Below are positions 35,806 to 45,598 of a stretch of 64,000 bases of DNA, one piece after another (positions within the stretch are counted from its first letter, which is position 1; the number at the start of each line of letters is the position of its first letter). The position numbers and the translations under genes are program-made. The stretch lies in assembly GCA_023231005.1 (NCBI GenBank), contig JALNWG010000014.1, positions 9,007-73,006 on the forward strand. The letters are read 5' to 3'. The stretch comes from Bacteroidales bacterium (GTDB taxonomy: Bacteria; Bacteroidota; Bacteroidia; Bacteroidales; FEN-979). A model generated the notes under the pieces. That model ran no database searches. It was not told where the DNA came from and worked only from the letters and a program-made list of their open reading frames with translations.

Positions 35806-36621
35806 CTAACCTCCGATTTTCACTTTCACACCAATCGATTCCAATTCATTCTTCAAAGGAATCATGGACTCTTTTGTTAGTCCTTGTATATTCTGAAGGA
35901 GATTATTTTTTTTGAAGCGATGGTATTTTTCCCGTGCAATGGTATGATAGGGGAGAAGATCAATTTCAAGATTCCAGGCTTTACTTCCTGAATCATTAAA
36001 GGATCGCAGAAGATCCTTGATTTTAGCGATATTTTTCTGAGTATTCGTGATTCCGGGAATAACTGGAAAACGAAGAATGATCCTTTTTCCTCTTTCGAAA
36101 AGAAAAATGAGATTTTCAAGGATTCCTTGATTATCTACCCCGGTGTATTTTTTATGGTCCTCTAAATCCATCAATTTCAGATCATATAAAAACAGATCCA
36201 CAAATTGAGAAATCTTGCTGATCATTTCGCGGGAAGCGTACCCTGAGGTGTCCAGTGCAGTACGTAATCCCTGCCGTTTACATTCGGTCAGCAAGTCCAA
36301 CAAAAAAGCACCTTGCATCAGCGGTTCGCCCCCGGAAAAAGTAACGCCTCCACCTGACTCTTCGTAAAACATCCGGTCAAGCATTACTTCCTTCATGACT
36401 TCATCTACTGTCATGAGTATCCCTGTTGTTTCCGTCTTTTCGATTTTTTTTCCTGATAAGATCAGTCTCCGGATCGATTGTTCTGATTTGAAGTCCTGGC
36501 TTTCAGGGTTATGACACCACCAGCATCGGAGCGGACAACCCTTGAAGAAAACGGTTGTCCGGATACCCGGTCCATCATGAACTGTGAACCGTTTGATATC
36601 GAAGATCAGTCCATTAATCAC
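35806..36621 (-). CDS. glycyl-radical enzyme activating protein (radical SAM)
   Basis: DGPGIRT followed by CPLRCWWCHNPES (CX3CX2C). GTG start overlaps the M64 stop by 8 nt. No Cys-rich ferredoxin-like insert. Confidence 0.9.
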   Translation of the reverse strand: MINGLIFDIKRFTVHDGPGIRTTVFFKGCPLRCWWCHNPESQDFKSEQSIRRLILSGKKIEKTETTGILMTVDEVMKEVMLDRMFYEESGGGVTFSGGEPLMQGAFLLDLLTECKRQGLRTALDTSGYASREMISKISQFVDLFLYDLKLMDLEDHKKYTGVDNQGILENLIFLFERGKRIILRFPVIPGITNTQKNIAKIKDLLRSFNDSGSKAWNLEIDLLPYHTIAREKYHRFKKNNLLQNIQGLTKESMIPLKNELESIGVKVKIGG

Positions 36622-37945
36622 AATAAAACAGGATCATTTTCCGAATGGCATCCTGGCAAACGGGGCAAAACCCGGGTGCTTCATTGGACTTCATACGGCA
36701 ATCCATCTTTGGACTATATATTCCTTTCGAGAGATAGCCTCCTCCTTCAAACATCCCGACAGTGGATTTAAAATTCTCATTTCTTGGCGTTGGGATTGGG
36801 ATCCCTGCAGGAACCATTTTTTTCCATTTGGTTTCAAAATTCACATTCGATGTGATATTTGGTTCCCAAGGTTCAAACTTTAAGTTATAAAAATCAGAAT
36901 AAGCGACATCTGAAGTATAATATTCGTCAGCCAGACCGGCAAATGAATGACCAAATTCATGAATGGCAACGATTTTAGACAACTGATGGTCAACAGTACT
37001 TTGACCATAATGGTTATAAAACCCTCCTCCGCCATATCGTTTGCTGTTTACGAGTATAAAAATGGCATCGTAGGGGACATTAGCGGCAATGTCGTATACC
37101 GATTTGGTGTCGAAAGTAGTCAGATACCTGTCCATATCAAAAGTGTAAAAACTGCTATGGATATTGGTGTTAACATAAATATCTTTTCCCGGGATGGTGA
37201 TTCCTGCTTCATCCGAAGGAGATTCAATGGCATAGAAGTTAAACCGGTCGGAAAAATCGGAATAAGGGGTAACCGACATGATGTAATCGCACATTTTTTT
37301 GGCATCTTCCAGGAATTTATCCATGTCTCCCTGGGTATATCCCTCCGCGATAAAGGCAATATCCACCATCTTGGCAGGATCTCCAGATTCCTTTATTTTG
37401 GTCACTTTAGCTGCATGAATGTTCTCATGATTGATAAAATAGTCAGAAGGGCTGATGAAACGTTCGAAGATTGGTTCAAATCGATTGGTTTCATAAGATC
37501 TTTTCTCAATGATGAACCGGATGGTGTTTTTAGGAAAAGGAAGAACGGCGGTCATCGATAACGCACGCTTCATCTTTCTGGCTTCATCCGTACCTTTCCA
37601 TTCCTGAAAAACCGAATTAAATCCGCGTGAAAAAATCATGATATTTGAGGCAGAATCAAAAGCTACATAGCGGTAACTACCATAACCGAATGGATCAATG
37701 AGATTCTTATGTGGCCCACCCCAAAAGGGTTCCTGTTTCATTTGACTAAAATAAACCACTTCCGATTTGGCATCTCCTCCCAAAAAATAGTCCACACGAA
37801 GGGTTTTTGATATAAAATATTTCTCAAATTCCAGATTTGCTGCCAACGCTGGAGTAGCTGCAACAGCAGTGACTCCGGTTTGACTATAAACATAAGGGGA
37901 AAAGAGTAAGATTAAAAAAACTTGAAGAACAAATCTATTTTTCAT
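36614..37945 (-). CDS. M64 (IgA-peptidase-like) zinc metallopeptidase
   Basis: Signal peptide. HEFGHSFAGLADEY zinc site. Overall layout matches M64 family proteins. Confidence 0.8.
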   Translation of the reverse strand: MKNRFVLQVFLILLFSPYVYSQTGVTAVAATPALAANLEFEKYFISKTLRVDYFLGGDAKSEVVYFSQMKQEPFWGGPHKNLIDPFGYGSYRYVAFDSASNIMIFSRGFNSVFQEWKGTDEARKMKRALSMTAVLPFPKNTIRFIIEKRSYETNRFEPIFERFISPSDYFINHENIHAAKVTKIKESGDPAKMVDIAFIAEGYTQGDMDKFLEDAKKMCDYIMSVTPYSDFSDRFNFYAIESPSDEAGITIPGKDIYVNTNIHSSFYTFDMDRYLTTFDTKSVYDIAANVPYDAIFILVNSKRYGGGGFYNHYGQSTVDHQLSKIVAIHEFGHSFAGLADEYYTSDVAYSDFYNLKFEPWEPNITSNVNFETKWKKMVPAGIPIPTPRNENFKSTVGMFEGGGYLSKGIYSPKMDCRMKSNEAPGFCPVCQDAIRKMILFYCD

Positions 37946-37977
37946 ATTCAGAAGATTAAATTCTGATCAACAAATGA

Positions 37978-40923
37978 TCACTCAACTGTTATTTCATCCA
38001 CAAAAATCCATGCTTTTTTACCGGCCCCCAGGTGCCAGGGAGGACAAATGCCACGGTTTTTAGCAACAACTTTGACATACCGGATTTTCTCGGGTTTAAA
38101 ATCGAAGGTGAATTCCTTGACCATAGAGCCATCTACCTTTTCCGGAACATCATTTATTATGGTTTCTGCCAGCTTATAATTCACCCCGTCAGATGAAGTG
38201 AAAAAACTCACCTCTTCCGGCATGAATATCCAGGCAGACTGTTCCTGATAGCAACCCAATCCAAGATGACGGATCGTTAGGTCTTCACCAAGGTCGATCA
38301 CTGCATTGAGATCTACCCCTTCATATCCCTGCCATTTTCCAGTGCGGAAATCATTGCCACCCCGTTGAAAATCAATCAACGCCAGTTCGCCTCCGGCAGA
38401 ATATTGGCCGGCAGGAGTAGTATTCAGCGTGATTTTCCGATTTTTCGGAATCTGGATAAAATGGGCTTCCATGATAAAACTTTTTGGCATATCGGGTTTG
38501 TATGCCATCGCTTTCAGAGTTGTGGTCTTGGAAATTCTGAATGGCCGTTGATAAACAGTCGATTTTATTGTGGGATCAGATCCATCAAGGGTATATAGAA
38601 TATAAGCGCTTTCAATGGGACTTGAAAGGGCAATCATCGTGTTATCGATAAAAGTTGGCTGGCCGATTTCCACTGACGGAACGGGGATGGTTAGATAGTC
38701 TGAAATTCTGGAAGGAGGAGAAGCTCCAGCTCCCACTCCCCACGCTTTATTGGGTGTTGAACCCATGTTGAAAACCATCTCTCCTCCTTTTAAAATATCC
38801 TCATGCGAAAGATAGGTTCTGGAACATGGTTTTCCATTTAATGAGGCAGACTGAATATAAAAATTCTGATCACCAGCATTGTTAGCCCTGATCGTAAAGG
38901 TCTTCCCGTTTTCGAGGGTAATTACAGCTTTCGGAAACAAAGGAGAACCGATTGCATAGTTTCCTGAACCTGGAGTAACCGGGTAAAATCCCATCGCACT
39001 TAACACATACCAGGCTGACATTTGACCGCAATCTTCATTTCCAATCAAACCATCAGGATCATTTTTATAGAAATCATGACAAATCTTATGGATCAGTTCC
39101 TGTGTTTTCCAAGGACAGCTAACATAATCGTACAAATAAGCCATGTGATGGCTGGGTTCATTACCATGGGCATATTGGCCAATCATTCCGCTGATATCAG
39201 ATTGTTCCCTGCCGGTTGTTTTAGAATTGGTCGAGAATAGTGAATCCAACCGGGCCTTAACCCTGTTGCGTCCTCCTGACAGAGCAATAAAAACCTCCAT
39301 GTCTTGAGGAACATAAAGACTATATTGCCATGCGTTGGCTTCAGTATAATTGAAATTGACCTCAAAAGGATCGAAAGGAGTAAACCAGGTTTCGTTTTTC
39401 TTCGCCCGGAAAAATCCTGTTGAATTATCATACAGGTTCTTATAATTTTGTGCCCGACGGATGTACGTTTTATAATCCTCTTGTTTCCCCATAGCATGTG
39501 CCATCATGGCAATACACCAATCATCATAAGCATACTCGAGTGTTTTAGAAACGGATTCACCTTCCTGATCAGCAGGAATATACCCCTTTGTCTGGTAATA
39601 TTTTAGTCCGAGATGGTTCTGTTCTGCGCTATGTTTCATTGCAGTCAGCGCCAATAAGGTATCGTAACCTTTGATGCCTTTCTGGAAAGCATCAGCAATA
39701 ACTGAAACAGAGTGATACCCAATCATACAGCCTGTTTCATTACTTGAGAGTTCCCATACCGGTAACATACCGCCTTCCTGGTATTGACGCAAAAAAGTCC
39801 GAATAAAATCGTTGGTACGGGCCGGCTCGATAATGGTATACAACGGATTTGCAGCACGGTACGTGTCCCATAAAGAGAAAACGGTATAGTAATCAAATCC
39901 ATCGGTTTGATGAATTTTAAGATCCCTGCCACGGTACTGACCATCCACATCATTATAAATATTGGGTTGAAGCATGGTGTGGTACAAAGCAGTGTAAAAA
40001 ATAATCCTTTGATCATGAGTACCGCCTTCTACTTTGATCTTGCCCAATTCTTTATTCCAGGTGAGTGCAGCCTGGTTGGCAATGGCAGAAAAATCCCAAC
40101 CAGGGATTTCAGATTCCAGGTTTTTCCGGGCACCTTCGATACTTACGCCTGAAATACCCACTTTTACAAGAATTTTTTCCTGGTTTGTGGTTGTGAAGGT
40201 AAAAAATGCCTTGATATCTTCCCCGGAAATCTCTCTCCAATCAGATGAAGTCTCTGAACCTTTTGCCAAAGTAAATGTTTTAAAAGGCTTGGAAAAGCGT
40301 GCCACAAAGTATATCATTTGTTTATCAGCCCAATTCTGGGAAATCCGGTATCCTTCCACTTCGTCTGACCCGGTTACTTTTAATCCTGATTCCAGGACTT
40401 TATCCCGGTGTTTTAAATCCAGTACAATATTTGCCTCGCTGGAGGCAGGAAAAGTATAGCAATGAAACCCCACCCTGGCACTGGCCGTCAGCTCAACCTT
40501 GATCCCATATTTTGTCAAATCGACGCGATAATAGCCGGGCGAGGCAACTTCATCCGATTTCCGAAAAGGAGAAGAATATGCATAGATGGTCAGGTTCACT
40601 TTTCCAATTACCGGCATAATCAGTATATCTCCATAATCAGAACATCCGGTACCGCTAAGGTGGGTATGACTGAATCCATAGATAACCGAATCAGTACCAT
40701 GATAAGCGGAACATCCATCCCAACCCTTCAAGCGGGTATCCGGACTTAACTGAACCATTCCAAAAGGAACTGAAGCCCCTGGAAAGGTATGACCATGCCC
40801 TCCCGTTCCAATAAAAGGATTAACATAGTCGGTAAGGGAAGCCGGTTGCTGCCCCTGAGTCAGAAATGATGATAACAGGATCATTCCCAAATAAAATGAT
40901 TTTTGAAATAATTTTCCAGTCAT
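37978..40923 (-). CDS. GH92 alpha-mannosidase with C-terminal Fn3-associated / discoidin-like domains
   Basis: NPFIGTGGHGHTFPGASVPFGMVQLSPDT is the characteristic GH92 N-terminal block. YTLDGSDPT lies in the C-terminal extension. Confidence 0.85.
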   Translation of the reverse strand: MTGKLFQKSFYLGMILLSSFLTQGQQPASLTDYVNPFIGTGGHGHTFPGASVPFGMVQLSPDTRLKGWDGCSAYHGTDSVIYGFSHTHLSGTGCSDYGDILIMPVIGKVNLTIYAYSSPFRKSDEVASPGYYRVDLTKYGIKVELTASARVGFHCYTFPASSEANIVLDLKHRDKVLESGLKVTGSDEVEGYRISQNWADKQMIYFVARFSKPFKTFTLAKGSETSSDWREISGEDIKAFFTFTTTNQEKILVKVGISGVSIEGARKNLESEIPGWDFSAIANQAALTWNKELGKIKVEGGTHDQRIIFYTALYHTMLQPNIYNDVDGQYRGRDLKIHQTDGFDYYTVFSLWDTYRAANPLYTIIEPARTNDFIRTFLRQYQEGGMLPVWELSSNETGCMIGYHSVSVIADAFQKGIKGYDTLLALTAMKHSAEQNHLGLKYYQTKGYIPADQEGESVSKTLEYAYDDWCIAMMAHAMGKQEDYKTYIRRAQNYKNLYDNSTGFFRAKKNETWFTPFDPFEVNFNYTEANAWQYSLYVPQDMEVFIALSGGRNRVKARLDSLFSTNSKTTGREQSDISGMIGQYAHGNEPSHHMAYLYDYVSCPWKTQELIHKICHDFYKNDPDGLIGNEDCGQMSAWYVLSAMGFYPVTPGSGNYAIGSPLFPKAVITLENGKTFTIRANNAGDQNFYIQSASLNGKPCSRTYLSHEDILKGGEMVFNMGSTPNKAWGVGAGASPPSRISDYLTIPVPSVEIGQPTFIDNTMIALSSPIESAYILYTLDGSDPTIKSTVYQRPFRISKTTTLKAMAYKPDMPKSFIMEAHFIQIPKNRKITLNTTPAGQYSAGGELALIDFQRGGNDFRTGKWQGYEGVDLNAVIDLGEDLTIRHLGLGCYQEQSAWIFMPEEVSFFTSSDGVNYKLAETIINDVPEKVDGSMVKEFTFDFKPEKIRYVKVVAKNRGICPPWHLGAGKKAWIFVDEITVE

Positions 40924-40928
40924 GATTT

Positions 40929-43457
40929 TTAATATGAGTCAATAAGTGAGATAATCTTAACAAAATCCTCATTTTTAATATTTTTTTCAGAAGTATAGAA
41001 TTTTACTTTGTACATTTTACCTGGTAAAATATCAAAATAATTATTCGAAAAATCTCCTTTAACATCCGTAGACAGATAAGCATTTTTAACCAATTTATCC
41101 GCGGTGATCTGAATAAAGAACCCATCGCCACTGGGGAGTTCTGTAATTTTTTTGGTAATTTCAGGAGCAGATAGTTTCAAATTCTTTGGTGCAGCAAAAT
41201 AAAGCAGGTTCCCGTTTAAGTATTCATCTAATCCTATAGAGGAAGCAGAAAAAACGACAGATGCCGTATCATAATTGGCTAAAAGAGCCGATTGAAGAGT
41301 ATCATAATAAACGAGGGAGCTATTAGCGGGAATGGTAACAGAATATAATTCATCACATAATATTTTTCCGGAAAAATCTTGTAATTGAATATGCATCGCC
41401 CTTTTTTGCGGCATGATGTCATCCGAAACAATATAGACTTTGATATGTCCATTTTCTAAGACAGGAGAGAATATTACATCATCATACTGATGTCGAGATT
41501 CGAAATACAAGGCTTTTTTCCGGCCATAATAATCGCGGGCTGACCAGGAAACTACCGGCCAACAATCATTTAACTGCCAATACAGACTACCCATACAAAA
41601 AGGTTTAGCCCTCCGTTGAGCCTGGATGGCAGAGCCGATCCCATTAGCTTGTACTAATTGACTAACATAAAGATAGGATTCGAAGTTCTTGGGCTGTTTA
41701 TAATCTCTCAAAAGATATTCATCAATCGTTTCATAGCCAACCGGATGTTTCTGATGGGCTTTCATTACCGTTGATCCCAGTTTCCGGTCGTCGGGCAGTG
41801 TGAATTTTTTAATGGTTGAGAGACTGGGAAAACCCTGGAATCCGAATTCAGACATGAAACGGCCAACCTTTTGTGTGTATTTGCTAAACGGTTCCTTAGC
41901 CCACCAAACGCCCCAGTAATGCGAATCTCCCTCTGTCATACTGGAAGCCTCACCCCACCCATGTAAAGGGGAGGAGGGAATATATGGCCGCAGGGAATCG
42001 AAACGACGAATGGTGACGGGAAGTATCCGGGCGAATAGCATTCGGTAATCTTTATAAACCGATGCTGAATCTTCGGCAGAATAGCCATATTGTTTTTGCC
42101 AACCCCAGTTCTTCCATCCTTCTTCCACTTCATTGTTTCCACACCACAAAGCGATACAAGGATGTTGACGTAATCGTACCACATTCTGAATCGCTTCTGC
42201 CTTCACATTTTCAAAAAAGTCCTTGGTGCCGGGATTCATAGCACAAGCGAACATAAAATCCTGCCATACCAGGATCCCATTTTCATCACAAAGATCATAG
42301 AAAATATCATTTTCATAAATTCCACCGCCCCAAACCCGGAGCATATTCATATTTGCATTTTTTACATCCTTAATGAGTGCATGATACGTAGAGTCCTTGA
42401 CCCTGGGAAGAAAATTATCCTGAGGAATATAATTTGCACCCTTCATATATACCGGGATGCCATTAACTTTAAAATAAAATGATTTGCCAATAGAATCCTT
42501 TTCCTGTACCAGTTCTATCCTCCGTAATCCGATTCTCTGCTTGCCTTCTCCAACCAACTGATCCCCAAAATAAACTTCATATTTAAAATTGTACAAATTG
42601 GGTTTTCCTATTTTATTGGGCCACCATAATAGAGGATTAACGATGGTGAACTGACCACGAATAAGATTCGGGCCCGTGTTCAGAATAACATTTTGGCGCA
42701 GTATTTCAATAGTATCATTGTATAACCTGATCTGGGCCGAATCACCCAATTGTGAAAAGATCGTGAATTGAGCATCAATTTTTGCCATCGAATCTGTGAT
42801 CGACTTTTGGATAAAGTTGACCCCAAGTACTTTTACATAGGTCCAGTGATGGATATAAATTGGCTTCCATATTCCACTGGTAATAAAGGTAGGCCCCCAA
42901 TCCCAACCATACTCGTAAGCCGCTTTCCTTGATACTACCCGCTCATCACCAGGAAGTTTATATTTTAATTGACCATACCTTGATTTATTCTCACCTACAA
43001 CGGCAGGGAATTGAATCCTGAGGGTATTCTCTCCGATTCGTAAAAAACGCCGGATGTCGGCATACCATTCCCGGAACATATTATCGGCAACAATGACCAG
43101 GGAATCATTTAAATACACATTTGCGTATGTATCCAATCCTTTGCATACCAACTCCATATTCCGCCATTCAAATTGCTTCACATTATAATTAAATGTTTTT
43201 TTATATTCCCACCCAACTTCTCCGATCCATTGAAGTTTCCCTTCATTATCTCCAAAATAAGGATCCGGAATGATTTTATTTCGCATTAAATCCAGATGTA
43301 CTACTCCTGGAACTGTTGCTGGGAGCCATTCTTTACTCCCAGCACGCCTGAACTGCCAATTCCCTCCCAAATCCATAATATTCAATTCCTGAGCATCAGA
43401 AAGTTCAGAAGCCATGACAAAAAGTGCAGTGACAAAAAAGATCAGAAAGCGGCGCAT
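40929..43457 (-). CDS. GH2 beta-mannosidase
   Basis: WCGNNE (acid/base) and MSEFGFQG (nucleophile) blocks. Start trimmed to MRRFLIFFV (ATG at 43457), which provides a signal peptide. Confidence 0.8.
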   Translation of the reverse strand: MRRFLIFFVTALFVMASELSDAQELNIMDLGGNWQFRRAGSKEWLPATVPGVVHLDLMRNKIIPDPYFGDNEGKLQWIGEVGWEYKKTFNYNVKQFEWRNMELVCKGLDTYANVYLNDSLVIVADNMFREWYADIRRFLRIGENTLRIQFPAVVGENKSRYGQLKYKLPGDERVVSRKAAYEYGWDWGPTFITSGIWKPIYIHHWTYVKVLGVNFIQKSITDSMAKIDAQFTIFSQLGDSAQIRLYNDTIEILRQNVILNTGPNLIRGQFTIVNPLLWWPNKIGKPNLYNFKYEVYFGDQLVGEGKQRIGLRRIELVQEKDSIGKSFYFKVNGIPVYMKGANYIPQDNFLPRVKDSTYHALIKDVKNANMNMLRVWGGGIYENDIFYDLCDENGILVWQDFMFACAMNPGTKDFFENVKAEAIQNVVRLRQHPCIALWCGNNEVEEGWKNWGWQKQYGYSAEDSASVYKDYRMLFARILPVTIRRFDSLRPYIPSSPLHGWGEASSMTEGDSHYWGVWWAKEPFSKYTQKVGRFMSEFGFQGFPSLSTIKKFTLPDDRKLGSTVMKAHQKHPVGYETIDEYLLRDYKQPKNFESYLYVSQLVQANGIGSAIQAQRRAKPFCMGSLYWQLNDCWPVVSWSARDYYGRKKALYFESRHQYDDVIFSPVLENGHIKVYIVSDDIMPQKRAMHIQLQDFSGKILCDELYSVTIPANSSLVYYDTLQSALLANYDTASVVFSASSIGLDEYLNGNLLYFAAPKNLKLSAPEITKKITELPSGDGFFIQITADKLVKNAYLSTDVKGDFSNNYFDILPGKMYKVKFYTSEKNIKNEDFVKIISLIDSY

Positions 43458-43538
43458 AAATTTTTTTTTGACAAAATTATCAATTTCCAGCTTATCTTTT
43501 TTTATTACTTTAGACAACGAATCTCAAACGTCTCTTCT

Positions 43539-44714
43539 ATGATTTCCGATGATCTCTTTACCCGTTTTTATGCAATTTATGGCAAACCGGAAAACCAACC
43601 ACGACTTTTTTTTGCTCCAGGCAGGGTCAACCTGATTGGTGAACATACTGATTACAATGGAGGATATGTTTTGCCTTGTGCCTTACAATATGGAACCTAT
43701 CTCCTGATCCGACAATCATCAGAAGAAATGATAAAACTCGCCTCTGCTAATTTTGAATTCAGGGCAGACATCAGACTTGCTGATATTTCACGAAAAATTG
43801 ATTCTCAATGGGTAAATTATCCATTGGGAATTTTTGATCAGTTCCGTCAGATGAATCTTAATCTTCCTGGTTTTGAGATCTTTTATTCTGGAGATATTCC
43901 TAATAGCGCCGGTCTTTCTTCTTCTGCTTCCATTGAAATGGTCACTGCTTATGCACTTTCTGTTATGATAAATGCGATTCAATTGTCAATGTGGGATTTG
44001 ATAAAACTGTCGCAACGTTCCGAAAACCAATTTGTTGGTGTTCAATGCGGAATTATGGATCAATTTGCTGTCGGGATGGGTGCAAAAGATCATGCTTTGT
44101 TTTTAAATTGTCAAACCCTCGACTATAACCGGGTTCCCATGATTTTGAATGGTTTTAAATTCATTATTGCAAATACCAACAAACCCCGTGATTTGACCGA
44201 TTCAAAATATAATGAGCGGGTAGCGGAGTGTCAGTTAGCAGTTTCCTGTTTATCCCAAATTATTTCTATCTCAAAGCTTGGGGAGATCAGTTATGTTCAG
44301 TTTTATAAAATGCAAGATGAAATCTCAGATCCATTGATTCGGAAGCGGGCTCGCCATGTGATATCTGAAAATCAACGGGTACTGAATTCAATGGCCTGTT
44401 TGAATCGTGGAGATATAAGTCAGTTCGGCGCTTTAATGAATGCCTCCCATGAATCATTACGTGATAATTATGAAGTTACAGGCTTTGAACTGGATACACT
44501 GGTCGAAGAAGCTCAGAAAATCAATGGTGTGATCGGTGCTCGTATGACTGGCGCTGGTTTTGGTGGTTGTACCGTAAACCTGGTTCGTGAAAGTGCAATT
44601 GAAGATTTTAAAAGTCATGTTGGTGCCGGATATCACGCAAAAACCGGTTTGAAAGCAGATTTTTATTTAGCCGAAATCTCCGACGGCGTAAAAGAAATTA
44701 CTAACCATTCCTAA
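43539..44714 (+). CDS. galK: galactokinase
   Basis: GRVNLIGEHTDYNGG signature and GAGFGGC. The ATG at 43539 is in frame. The longer ORF-track version overlaps the GH2 gene. Confidence 0.9.
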   Translation: MISDDLFTRFYAIYGKPENQPRLFFAPGRVNLIGEHTDYNGGYVLPCALQYGTYLLIRQSSEEMIKLASANFEFRADIRLADISRKIDSQWVNYPLGIFDQFRQMNLNLPGFEIFYSGDIPNSAGLSSSASIEMVTAYALSVMINAIQLSMWDLIKLSQRSENQFVGVQCGIMDQFAVGMGAKDHALFLNCQTLDYNRVPMILNGFKFIIANTNKPRDLTDSKYNERVAECQLAVSCLSQIISISKLGEISYVQFYKMQDEISDPLIRKRARHVISENQRVLNSMACLNRGDISQFGALMNASHESLRDNYEVTGFELDTLVEEAQKINGVIGARMTGAGFGGCTVNLVRESAIEDFKSHVGAGYHAKTGLKADFYLAEISDGVKEITNHS

Positions 44715-44733
44715 TCCACTAACTTAATTTCTT

Positions 44734-45582
44734 ATGAGCCACAAAAAAGAAAAAGAAAAAGAAAAAGATCCGGTCAGGGTAAAGGATCCGGAAGATGAGG
44801 GTAAAGATAAATTACCTCGTACTTTTTATGAAGAGGAGCTGGCGAAGTTACAGATCGAGCTCGTCCGGCTACAGGAGTGGATTAAATATAAAGGACTCCG
44901 GGTAGTGGTCTTGTTTGAAGGTCGTGATGCTGCTGGAAAAGGGGGTGCAATCAAACGAATTACCGAATCATTAAACCCCCGGGTTTGCAATGTCGTAGCT
45001 CTTGGTGTACCAACCGAAAAAGAGAAAACCCAGTGGTATTTTCAGCGTTATGTACCGCATCTTCCTGCCGCTGGCCAAATGGTGATTTTTGACCGGAGCT
45101 GGTATAATCGCGCAGGCGTTGAGCGGGTTATGGGCTTTTGCAACGAAGAAGATTATTGGGACTTTTTAAGGTCCTGTCCAAACTTTGAGAACATGCTTAT
45201 CCGCTCCGGAATCATTTTAATCAAGTATTGGTTTTCTGTCAGTGATAAAGAACAGGAAAAACGTTTCCTTCAAAGGATTGAGGATCCCACACGGCGATGG
45301 AAAATCAGCCCGATGGATGTGAAGTCACGTACAAAATGGGTAGAATATTCCAAGGCGAAAGACGATATGTTCTCGTATACCGACACCAAACAATCCCCAT
45401 GGTACGTAGTGGAAGCCGATGATAAACGAAGAGCCCGGCTGAATTGTATCAGCCACCTGCTAAGCATTATTCCGTATGATGATGTCCCTCGTGAAACAAT
45501 TGTCTTACCTCCCCTCGAAAAGGATAAAGCATACGTACGCCCTCCCATGGGTGAACAAACATTTGTCCCCAACAAATATTAG
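44734..45582 (+). CDS. polyphosphate kinase 2 family protein
   Basis: FEGRDAAGKGG Walker-A-like motif, FDRSWYNR. ~280 aa with an N-terminal KEKEKEK low-complexity tail. Confidence 0.85.
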   Translation: MSHKKEKEKEKDPVRVKDPEDEGKDKLPRTFYEEELAKLQIELVRLQEWIKYKGLRVVVLFEGRDAAGKGGAIKRITESLNPRVCNVVALGVPTEKEKTQWYFQRYVPHLPAAGQMVIFDRSWYNRAGVERVMGFCNEEDYWDFLRSCPNFENMLIRSGIILIKYWFSVSDKEQEKRFLQRIEDPTRRWKISPMDVKSRTKWVEYSKAKDDMFSYTDTKQSPWYVVEADDKRRARLNCISHLLSIIPYDDVPRETIVLPPLEKDKAYVRPPMGEQTFVPNKY

Positions 45583-45598
45583 CTGGATCAGAAAAAAA

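Noticed and set aside
36947-37561. 204-aa plus-strand ORF, with similar long antisense ORFs at 32123-32656, 58405-58938, 53794-54249, 3649-4059, 48958-49359 and 40034-40459
   Set aside because: Each lies entirely inside, and antisense to, a gene with strong family motifs (M64, MFS, PepC, GH63-like, radical SAM, SSS, GH92). Their translations are low-complexity with no motifs, so they are typical shadow ORFs.
43296-43538. N-terminal 81-codon extension of the galK ORF
   Set aside because: It overlaps the 5' end of the divergent GH2 gene and adds non-galactokinase sequence. The in-frame ATG at 43539 gives a canonical GalK N-terminus.
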